Below are positions 18,133-26,777 of a DNA stretch of 64,000 nt, one piece after another. The notes under the pieces were generated by a model. The model was given only the letters and a program-made list of their open reading frames with translations. It made no database searches and was not told the DNA's origin. This DNA comes from Candidatus Poribacteria bacterium (GTDB lineage Bacteria; Poribacteria; WGA-4E; WGA-3G). The position numbers and the translations under genes are program-made. The stretch is from NCBI GenBank assembly GCA_965218285.1, contig OZ244616.1, positions 5,960,270 to 6,024,269 on the forward strand. Direction: 5' to 3'. Numbering within the stretch: the first letter of the stretch is position 1; each line of letters opens with the position of its first letter.

Positions 18133-18325
18133 GTAAGAGGCGCAATGAATTGCGCGACTACAAACGCGTTTCTTCTTAATTCAATAGCCTCTCTAACCTA
18201 ACAACAAGTGCGTTCGGAGTCGCGCAATTCACGCACTTCTTTCGTTCGTAGTCGCGCACTTCATTGCGCCTCTTACACGCCGCACCTCTTTCGTTCGTAA
18301 TCGCGCAATTCACGCACCTCGGACA
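18133..18325. repeat. REP cluster downstream of the RAYT-like gene (both orientations)
   Basis: One inverted REP at 18133-18166, then the linker of the 131-bp unit in reverse, then three direct REP variants. Confidence 0.85.
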
Positions 18326-18343
18326 TTTGCTAACAAAAAATAT

Positions 18344-18842
18344 TTGACATTACACAAAAGATACACTATAATTAATGTACACACACCAAAAATTTAGTTG
18401 ACAAATTCGTGAAAAACCCTTAAAATACATATAAATTCAACAAAATTCACGAATTTTCAGTAAATTCCGTTAAATATACTTGACAAAACTTGCAATAAAA
18501 GGTATACTTATATAACGTAGCATGCAATTTAGTTCCGAATTTACCGTACGCCAACAAATTTATAATGTACTTGACAAACTTTATTTTTTTGTGTTATACT
18601 TATAAATAGCATGCGAAACGAGATTCAATTATAACGTATTCCATATCATATTTTTTACGATTTCGGAATTCTAAAATAAATCTCATAAACGCACTTTACA
18701 AAACACAGCGCATCGTTCAGAAAGCATTGCGCACAATTAGGGTTGACAATTTTTTGTAACCCAAATATACTGGGTAACGTTAATTTAACGTGATACCGAA
18801 AAATATAAATTGGTTGACTTTTTTTGTAACCGATGTTAGAAT
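18344..18842 (+). promoter_or_regulatory. Cluster of six near-consensus sigma70-like promoters, all facing the 990-aa gene
   Basis: -35/-10 pairs: 18344/18367 TTGACA-17-TATAAT; 18398/18421 TTGACA-17-TAAAAT; 18480/18503 TTGACA-17-TATACT; 18571/18595 TTGACA-18-TATACT; 18743/18766 TTGACA-17-TATACT; 18814/18837 TTGACT-17-TAGAAT. Confidence 0.45.
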
Positions 18843-19159
18843 AGGTAACGTTAAGATTAAAAGCGGTTTGAAAATCGGGGTTAGAAACCCCACGGAAAGA
18901 TTTGAAAGCCGAAACCCAAAAAACGGAGGATGTGTGCAACGGAAAACGCATGTATCCGATATTAAAAGGTTAGTCGGAATAGATTTAATCCCTGAATCTG
19001 TTCTTGCATATTTCAAATCGGAATAGATTTCATCCCTGAATGAATCTGTTCTTGATATTTCATAATGTATTGTTGGGCGCGATAACGCAGTTTTACGCAG
19101 ATGTCGCCCCAAAAGGTTAAATGATTTTAGATAGATTTTTAATTAGAGGAGAATAAATA

Positions 19160-22132
19160 ATGAACCTGTCAAATCGATTGACATTTTCTTTAGTTTTTTC
19201 TGTTTTACTCGTTGCAGCATTTACTCTTGTCGTTGCACCCGCAATGGCACAGGAAACGGTAACTTACTTTGGCACGCGAACTGATGCCACAGCAGACGCT
19301 GCTGGTAAATGGGAAGTGACGTTCAAGTTTTCAGAAGGTGGAAGTTTCAGCAAAGGTAATTTTACATCAGTTACTGGTGAGGGTGATGCCGCTGTCACAA
19401 GTTATAATATTTCATTAAGCAACGTTGCTTTAACCAAAGCGCAATTTGATGCTGCTACTTACGCTGGCAACTTACTTACTGTTCCGATAGCAGTGGGTGA
19501 AGGTGCGCCTGGCTTAACATTCACAGTGACCGGTTTCGATGAGGGGAGACTTGATGCTACTACAGCGGAAGCTGATGCAGCGACTCTTGCTGTCGCAGAT
19601 GCTCACCTTGGTCCTAAGGAATATCGTGTTTATGCGGTAACTGAAACCGGTCCTGTTATGCCAACAAGTGTTACACCTGAGATATTGGCAGATATACCGA
19701 ATTTAGAAGACTTTTTCTTTGTCGGTGGTGGAACGATTGACTTGAAACTTACCGGCACTGGCAAAGATTCTCGTCGTATTGTCATCAACGAAGTTATGTG
19801 GGCTGTTGATAATGCTGAAGTAGGAGATTTGGGATATACTACACAACAGTGGATTGAGATCTATAATCCAACATCAATTCCTGTGGCTGATGATACTATT
19901 TCGTTAGTGTTCACTAATAATCCTTCAGGTCTTAATCCACCTGCTGCAATTGCAGCCGGAACGGCGGACAGGTTGACTAACATCCCTTCTTATGTAGATA
20001 CTTGGAATGTGAAAGGTCAAAATGGTTCGTCCATTTTAAGTGAAGGTCAAGATGCTGAAATTACTGGTGCCGATCCAATGTTCATTTCTATGTATAGAAA
20101 TGATACCCGCGGCGGAGGCGAAGGATCTGGTTCGTCGTCATCGAATTGGTCAGCATCAGACACAAATCGTCCGTATGTACCCGGTTTCGTAGGCACCCCC
20201 GGTGCAAAAAATACGCGTGCCAGTGTTCCAGGCACACGTCCTGCACCAAGTGCAGCCAATCCTGCAATGGACAAAGTGCTAATCAACGAAGTTTATAACG
20301 CTAAAGGTGGCGATGCCAATAATAAGAATGACTGGCTTGAGCTGCGTGCACGCAAGGCCACTAACCTTGAAAACTGGACCTTGAGTTATGTGAACAGCAA
20401 TTCTGCTGAAAGAGAAATTATGCGGTTCCCGAAACGCACGATTCCAGCTGGTGCTATCTGGTTGATTGTTAACACCGATCCTACTGAAACAGGTGTGAAC
20501 CTTGCTCCTGGGAATGATGTCACAATCGGTGAAGCAGCAAACCAATCACCTGGTCGTGGCACAGCTAAGTATTGGAAATTAGATAATTTCAAGATTCCAA
20601 ATGATATGGGTGAAGATGCTCTACTGATTCTTCGTAGAGGTAAAGGTTGGGAACGTTGGCAATCCCGTGATCGGCTTGAAGACGTTGTCGGAACCGGTAC
20701 TTTCTCAAAGTGGACGCGTAATACGGCTTCACCTCAGAATGAACCGCATTCTGGTAATCCCGCGCAGATTTGGGATACAAAGATATTCCCCCTTAACGGG
20801 CAGAATCCTAAAGATTATCATAAAGACCATGCTGATAGACTGCTTCATAACGATAATAAATTCGTAGCAGGAAATGCTTGGGCACGTAATGGTAACAATA
20901 AAGGTTGGCTCCGTGATGCTGGTGGTCCCGCTGGTTATAGAGGCGGTATAGGTTATGACCGTGCTGCGAATACCGATGCAAACGGTACACCCGGTTATGA
21001 TAATGGTGCATATAAGAAAGATGGTGGCGATGCTACTTCTAATGTTATCATCTCCGAAATTATGTATGCTCATCAAGGCACTGCACAAGCAGCTCCGCAG
21101 TGGATTGAACTCTATAATCCATCAAGCACACTTTCTGTGAATTTACATGACTTCCGTTTAACCATTTCAAACCACGACCAAACCGTGGATGCCGATGGAA
21201 ATATGGCAGATTTTTCAGGTAAAGGTACTATTAGTGTCTTGCTGAAAGATTACTCGATCCCACCGAAGCAGACTGTGTTGATTGTTTCAGCCACTGCAAG
21301 ACGTGAGGAAGTATCCATTCCAGATAATCGCGTCTACAATGCCTTCAACAAAAATAAAGGTGAATTTGGTATGAAGGTCCGTGGTGATTCTATCCTCAAT
21401 CCTTACGGGTTCAATATTACCTTACATGCCAAAGGTCACGAGGGTGATGTCAAGAAACGTCAGTTAGGTGACTCAATCGGTAACCTTGCGGAATCTGTGA
21501 GTGACCGTCGTGGCAGTAGAGAACGTTTTGATGATGTCCGTTGGAACTGGCCGAATGGGTTTAATGAAGCCGGTGAACGTATTTCAGTCGCTCGCACCCA
21601 TATGCCGGTACTTGCTGAAGATGGTGGTAATTTTACTGATGGCGTAAATTCTGGAAGAATGGCTGAAGGTTGGATCCTCTCCAGTATGGACGGTAGAACT
21701 GATAGAATTGATATTGTCTACTACGGAGCTAAAACCGATATTAGTACTCCGGGTCAAACCGTTGGTCAACCACTGCCTGTTAGTTTGTCCTACTTCCGTC
21801 CGACATTGGAAAACGGCGAAATCGTTATCCGTTGGACAACCGAATCTGAACTTGACAACGCTGGATTTAACATCCTTCGTAGCGATAGCCGGAACGGTGA
21901 ATTCAAGCAGGTCAATTCTGAACTCGTTCAAGGTGCGGGCACTACAGGTGAACGTAATACCTATAAATGGGTTGACGAATCAGCTAAACTCGGTGTTGTA
22001 TATTACTACCAAATTGAAGATGTATCTTTCGCTGGTGAGCATCAAACACTCACGACCACTAAGTTGAAAGGCTTGATATCGGCCAATAACAAGTTGACGA
22101 CTCTGTGGGGCGGATTGAAATCACAAGATTAA
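19160..22132 (+). CDS. Secreted large protein with three lamin-tail-domain-like (LTD) modules
   Basis: Signal peptide MNLSNRLTFSLVFSVLLVAAFTLVVAPAMA. Three LTD-like starts: IVINEVMW...QWIEIYNPT, VLINEVYN...DWLELRA, VIISEIMYA...QWIELYNPS. The C-terminus ends KLTTLWGGLKSQD. Confidence 0.7.
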   Translation: MNLSNRLTFSLVFSVLLVAAFTLVVAPAMAQETVTYFGTRTDATADAAGKWEVTFKFSEGGSFSKGNFTSVTGEGDAAVTSYNISLSNVALTKAQFDAATYAGNLLTVPIAVGEGAPGLTFTVTGFDEGRLDATTAEADAATLAVADAHLGPKEYRVYAVTETGPVMPTSVTPEILADIPNLEDFFFVGGGTIDLKLTGTGKDSRRIVINEVMWAVDNAEVGDLGYTTQQWIEIYNPTSIPVADDTISLVFTNNPSGLNPPAAIAAGTADRLTNIPSYVDTWNVKGQNGSSILSEGQDAEITGADPMFISMYRNDTRGGGEGSGSSSSNWSASDTNRPYVPGFVGTPGAKNTRASVPGTRPAPSAANPAMDKVLINEVYNAKGGDANNKNDWLELRARKATNLENWTLSYVNSNSAEREIMRFPKRTIPAGAIWLIVNTDPTETGVNLAPGNDVTIGEAANQSPGRGTAKYWKLDNFKIPNDMGEDALLILRRGKGWERWQSRDRLEDVVGTGTFSKWTRNTASPQNEPHSGNPAQIWDTKIFPLNGQNPKDYHKDHADRLLHNDNKFVAGNAWARNGNNKGWLRDAGGPAGYRGGIGYDRAANTDANGTPGYDNGAYKKDGGDATSNVIISEIMYAHQGTAQAAPQWIELYNPSSTLSVNLHDFRLTISNHDQTVDADGNMADFSGKGTISVLLKDYSIPPKQTVLIVSATARREEVSIPDNRVYNAFNKNKGEFGMKVRGDSILNPYGFNITLHAKGHEGDVKKRQLGDSIGNLAESVSDRRGSRERFDDVRWNWPNGFNEAGERISVARTHMPVLAEDGGNFTDGVNSGRMAEGWILSSMDGRTDRIDIVYYGAKTDISTPGQTVGQPLPVSLSYFRPTLENGEIVIRWTTESELDNAGFNILRSDSRNGEFKQVNSELVQGAGTTGERNTYKWVDESAKLGVVYYYQIEDVSFAGEHQTLTTTKLKGLISANNKLTTLWGGLKSQD

Positions 22133-22160
22133 CTCAGGGATATCTAACTAACCTACCCAA

Positions 22161-22201
22161 AGAGCGGGTGACGGACTTCGGTTCGTTGCCCGCTCTTTTT
22201 T
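22161..22201 (+). terminator. Rho-independent terminator after the LTD gene
   Basis: agagcggg...cccgctct stem followed by a T6 run. Confidence 0.7.
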
Positions 22202-22316
22202 GTAGTCGCGCAATTCACGCGCCTCTTACACACTTACCTTGTTCGTAGTCGCGCAATTCACGCGCCTCTTACACACACTCGCCTTTTTTGTAGTCGCGCA
22301 ATTCATTGCGCCTCGG
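22202..22316 (+). repeat. Three REP copies
   Basis: gtagtcgcgcaattcacgcgcctcttac x2 and gtagtcgcgcaattcattgcgcctc. Confidence 0.85.
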
Positions 22317-22420
22317 ACATTCACCTTCGTCAGAAGTTCAAATTCTCATTAATGGGAGTTTATTTATCAGAATTGGTATAATATCAAATTAACGGGATTT
22401 ATCTCATTTTTCTTGGTATT

Positions 22421-22722
22421 AGGTGCGGTTAGATGAAGATTAAAAAATTAATTCGGTAATTTTCTAACCATAGACATCTTGTTTTATGTTTTTCTTGTGT
22501 GAGGTCCATTATCTGGTTGTCTGAATCGCAGAGGGCACGGAGGACACAGAAGACGCGGAAAATGCTTTTGTGTCTCGGACATTTCCTTTCGCCAGAGACG
22601 GGCCGGTAACAAAGCATCTCTTAATTCCGCGTCCTCCGCGTTCTCTGCGATAATCCGCGATTCAGACAGAAAAGAGATCAGAATTACCGAATTAATAAAT
22701 TAATCTTCATCAAACCGCACCT
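22421..22722. repeat. About 300-bp palindromic MITE-like element nested in a family C MITE
   Basis: Termini aggtgcggttagatgaagattaa...aattaattcggtaatt / aattaccgaattaataaattaatcttcatcaaaccgcacct. A second internal inverted repeat (gtctgaatcgcagag ... ctctgcgataatccgcgattcagac). A related fragment sits at about 55920-56010. Confidence 0.5.
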
Positions 22723-22762
22723 ACCGTCCAGAAAATAGGACAAATCCCGTTAATTTGGTATA

Positions 22763-22906
22763 ATGTGTGCATTACGAAATGCGGTGATCAGTCTTTTGCG
22801 CACATCTGGATACACTGAAATAGCATATTCACTCCGATATTTTGCCGCACATCCAGAGCAAGCACTCAAACTCATCGGGATAGATACCGAAAATTGAATG
22901 GCTCTG
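22763..22906 (+). pseudogene. 3' remnant of a DDE transposase gene ending in the family B MITE terminus
   Basis: Translates to ALRNAVISLLRTSGYTEIAYSLRYFAAHPEQALKLIGIDTEN*, a C-terminus of IS4-superfamily (ISAs1/IS701-like) type recalled from memory. It ends ...ttgaatggctctg, which is the MITE-B end. Confidence 0.45.
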
Positions 22907-23182
22907 AACAAAATGTAGATTGGTAAACAAGAATTTTGGTTGAATATAGACAGCAGAATATGTTAAAATTACACTATCTAAAGTCGGATAAAATAAAATA
23001 CGACATGTGAAATTTTCAGAGTAACTTTGAAAATAATAGACTTTGATATTTGTTGAGAACTCACATTAAGACTAAGGTCACAGGCATTTTTCGGGATGAG
23101 TCGTCAAAACTACCTCTGAAAATTTTAGGAATTTACAAAAGAGAACAACAGATGTTTTAGTCAAACTGATGTTTTCTATTTT

Positions 23183-23275
23183 TATACCCAATTAACGCGA
23201 TTTGTAGTGCAAGGTCCCCGTGCCTCACAATGCTAACCGCTATTAGAAAACTTCTAATCAAGTTAATTTGGTATT
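23183..23275. mobile_element. IS630-derived MITE (family C)
   Basis: tatacccaattaacgcgatttgtagtgcaaggtccccgtgcctcacaatgc...caagttaatttggtat. Confidence 0.75.
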
Positions 23276-23295
23276 ATTCGGGGTGAAAGATTATT

Positions 23296-24105
23296 ATGCT
23301 GCCTTTTGTTTTCAAAACCGTAGATGAACCGATACAACGTCTTCATCGTCTGTATAGTGAAGATAGTAGTATAGATGTAGAAGTTTTAACAGAACTCTAC
23401 ATCAGCGAGTTTAGCGGATCGCACACTGAAGAACGGACTCTGGACTTCCAGAGACAGAACCGTGCAGTTTTACGCGGTGCCCAAGATGCAGCATATAACG
23501 CATTTACCACTTTTCTCCACCAGATTTCTGAACCGGAATCTTTTCTTCCTATTGAGTTACTTTCCCAATATCCGTATCAGCGATATACCTTAATCCTCTC
23601 AGTGGCTCGTTCCTATGAATTACATGAGGTGTTTCAGAGTACCTCCGACACCATACGGATGGATCAGGGTAATTCCATTTTTGAATATGAAGGTTATGAG
23701 CTTTCTTTAAATGCCAAACACCATATTCTTGATTCGTCTGCTTATCTTGTTGCTCCAGAAAAATTTACGGTATTTATCCGACGAGTCAATGATGCTGAAA
23801 ACATCCGATTCTATCGGAGTAAATTCATTGATCTAACAGACAATGCCCCTCCACCTTTCCATCTAAATCCTCAAGAGATTATTGAAACTGTTCAACAGGA
23901 TATTGCCAGCAGGGAAAGTACAATGCCAATAAGTCAAATGTTACTGTTTCCTCCAACAACTGATACAGAAACGGAGGAGGTTAAACACCTGACAAACTGC
24001 CCTGAATGTAACGGTGAAGTGAGGCGTATCAGCAAAAGCTATTTCTGCTTGCAGTGCGACTGGGATAACCTACCCCCTTTAGAACGTTATTCTGGTGTTC
24101 GGTAG
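23296..24105 (+). CDS. Hypothetical protein with C-terminal zinc-ribbon-like CPEC...CLQC
   Basis: 269-aa ORF with no recognisable family. C-terminal CPECNGEVRRISKSYFCLQCDW. Isolated between MITEs. Confidence 0.45.
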   Translation: MLPFVFKTVDEPIQRLHRLYSEDSSIDVEVLTELYISEFSGSHTEERTLDFQRQNRAVLRGAQDAAYNAFTTFLHQISEPESFLPIELLSQYPYQRYTLILSVARSYELHEVFQSTSDTIRMDQGNSIFEYEGYELSLNAKHHILDSSAYLVAPEKFTVFIRRVNDAENIRFYRSKFIDLTDNAPPPFHLNPQEIIETVQQDIASRESTMPISQMLLFPPTTDTETEEVKHLTNCPECNGEVRRISKSYFCLQCDWDNLPPLERYSGVR

Positions 24106-24107
24106 TG

Positions 24108-24955
24108 TAGTGCTTTGTCCACCAAAATATTGTAAGTCGGGTAGAGCAGAGCGAAACCCATTAGCGTCAATTAACGCAACGGACGAGAATATCAGCGTTC
24201 GTAGTCGCGCAATTCATAGCGCCTCTTACATTCAAATGTCCGAGGCGCAATTCATTGCGCAACTACAAACGAGTCCTTTCCTTAAATTGACGCTAATGGT
24301 GCGGTTTTGCGGTGTACTCACCCAAATGCAATCTGCATTCCTAACCGAACCTTTTTGTATCAACACCTCAAATAACGCAAAGGACGAGAATATCAGCGTT
24401 CGTAGTCGCGCAATTCATAGCACCTCTTACATTCAAATGTCCGAGGCGCAATTCATTGCGCAACTACAAACGAGTCCTTTCCTTAAATTGACGCTAATGG
24501 TGCGGTTTTGCGGTGTACTCACCCAAATGCAATCTGCATTCCTAACCGAACCTTTTTGTATCAACACCTCAAATAACGCAAAGGACGAGAATATCAGCGT
24601 TCGTAGTCGCGCAATTCATAGCACCTCTTACATTCAAATGTCCGAGGCGCAATTCATTGCGCAACTACAAACGAGTCCTTTCCTTAAATTGACGCTAATG
24701 GTGCGGTTTTGCGGTGTACTCACCCAAATGCAATCTGCATTCCTAACCGAACCTTTTTGTATCAACACCTCAAATAACGCAAATACGAGAATATCAGTGT
24801 TCGTAGTCGCGCAATTCATAGCGCCTCTTACATTCAAAGAAAAGAGGCGCAATGAATTGCGCGACTACGAACGAGTTCTTTCCTTAAATTGACGCTTATG
24901 GGTTTCGCGGACGCTCTACCCGACCTACAGACCACAAAAATTAGGTGGACAAAGC
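24108..24955. repeat. Large palindromic composite element containing a 201-bp tandem repeat (3 units plus a partial one)
   Basis: Units start at 24181, 24382, 24583 and 24784. Each unit carries a REP doublet plus aggtgcggt-type sequence. Outer inverted repeats ctttgtccacc/ggtggacaaag and gtcgggtagagc/gctctacccgac. The 201-bp period (67 codons) explains the spurious 265-aa ORF. Confidence 0.8.
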
Positions 24956-24983
24956 AGTAGTTATTAAATAAACCTTCCACGTC

Positions 24984-25595
24984 TCATCCTGAGGGTGGTA
25001 AAAAATGGTAAAAGAGCATTGTATTAACAATTGCCAAAAGTGTTCCAGCCACAGTTTGCATGAGGGTATGCTTCTCACGATAAACTCGCGCCCAAGCGAT
25101 TAGTGGGATAAGCAGGAATAACCACACTAAATTCAAACTGACAAGTAACGATAAAACAATAATACAACCTGTAGCAACACTTGTGTGAAAACTAATTTTC
25201 CATAATGGCGTAATAATTGAGAATACTACGCTGTTAACGATGTAAGTTTGGCATACCCATATAATTCCTTCATTTGCCCCAATCTGATAAAGTACAATAG
25301 TTCCCAAAATCATGCTGATTAGCGTGAAACAGAGCGGAATCAACCGTTCTTCTTTGGCGTGTAAATGTAAATCGCTCACCTTTGAGAACCGAAGAAGCAC
25401 AACAATGGCTAATATCGGTAGAGTTGTTACAAACGTCAATACAACGGCTAACCAGAGTATAATTTCGTTGGTTGTACTTGCATATTTTTGGATAACGAAG
25501 ATTGCCGTTACAATAGGCACAACAAACGGACTAAAAATTACGGATGTTCCTAAGGCAATCCAAGTGGGCAATACCGAGGAAGTCTTATGTGTCAT
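24984..25595 (-). CDS. Polytopic membrane protein, weakly PAP2-like
   Basis: Six predicted hydrophobic spans. ISFHTSVATG and ARVYREKHTLMQTVAG resemble PAP2 motifs 2 and 3. The start overlaps the stop of the upstream peroxiredoxin ORF (TGATTGATG). Confidence 0.45.
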   Translation of the reverse strand: MTHKTSSVLPTWIALGTSVIFSPFVVPIVTAIFVIQKYASTTNEIILWLAVVLTFVTTLPILAIVVLLRFSKVSDLHLHAKEERLIPLCFTLISMILGTIVLYQIGANEGIIWVCQTYIVNSVVFSIITPLWKISFHTSVATGCIIVLSLLVSLNLVWLFLLIPLIAWARVYREKHTLMQTVAGTLLAIVNTMLFYHFLPPSG

Positions 25596-25598
25596 CAA

Positions 25599-26624
25599 TC
25601 ATTCTTTTGGCGTTTCAACGGTTTTGAAGAAATTCGCCAAATCTGACCCATGTGTGACTGGGTTGACCTCTTTATCAATTTTCACAATTTTCCCTGCTTT
25701 ATCAATTATAACCGTCAAACGTTTTAGCCGTTTCTCTTCTGGTTTTTTTACAGCACCAAAGAGTAGGGCGAGGTTTTTCTCCGTATCCACTAAAAGTGGA
25801 AAATTCAGACTATTGTCTTCCGTAAATTTCTGATGCGACTTCGCATCATTGACTGTAATTCCAAAGACTTGGACGTTGTTTTCAGCAAAACTACTCGACT
25901 CATCACGGAGCGAGCAAACTTCTATCGTTCAGCCACGACCAAAATCGCGCGGATAAAACGCTAAAACGACGTTCTTTTTTTCATGCAACTTGCTGAGTTG
26001 ATGCAATTTGCCTTTACCGTCTTTGGCGATAAAATCGGGGGCTGGCTGACCAACTTCTATTTTGGGAAGCACCTCCTTAAGCAGTGTGACGACGTCCGCA
26101 CCGTGCGTCTTAACCTTGACTTTTTTATCAATTGCGCGTATATATCCCGCCTTATCAATAACGAATGTAGTGCGTTTTGAAGCATTGAACCTTTCAATAA
26201 TGCCACTATACTGCTTGCTAACCGCAAACTCAGTATCTGCCAACAATGAAAATCCAAACTTATTTTTTTCCTTGAATCTTTTATGCGATTCAACAGCGTC
26301 TACACTTACACCAAACAGGACAGTTTCAGTATCTTCTATCTCGCTCAATTTTTCCCGGAGCGAGTTAAGTTCGGCAGTTCAGCCACCCGTAAAATCTTTC
26401 GGATAAAAGGCAAGAACAACGTTTTTCTTCCCCAAGAATTCGTTGAGACTTCTTTCAGTGTCTGTCTCATCATTTAAAGTGAAATTTGGTGCAACCATGC
26501 CGACTTTAAGTTCATTAAGTTCATTTGAATTTTCCACTTCTTTCTCCGCTAAAGCTGCTGAAATCAAGAATACTGTTATTAATAACAAGACTCCAACATA
26601 TCGAATAGATAGTTTTTGCAACAT
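25599..26624 (-). CDS. Exported tandem PrxQ/BCP-like peroxiredoxin with two in-frame TGA codons (candidate selenocysteines)
   Basis: Track ORFs 26379..26624, 25929..26348 and 25599..25790 share one frame (offsets 276 and 558 nt). The only interruptions are TGA at 26379-26381 and 25929-25931, each at the peroxidatic position: FYPKDFTGG-U-TAELNSLRE and FYPRDFGRG-U-TIEVCSLRD. Signal peptide and GAGGAA RBS are present. Confidence 0.7.
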
Positions 26625-26777
26625 TACTTTATTCCTCTAAAATAGGTTATTTTCACGTGAACTACGAGTGTAGCGTAGGGTTTTATATGTGATGCCACCA
26701 TAGGCGTCAATTTAAGAAAATATCTGTCCGTTTATGAACACTTCTCAATAGGCATGACTATTGAGACTGTCCCATAT

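Noticed and set aside
24095-24892. 265-aa ORF in the track.
   Set aside because: It consists entirely of 201-bp tandem repeats built from non-coding REP/MITE modules seen elsewhere. The frame stays open only because the period is 67 codons.
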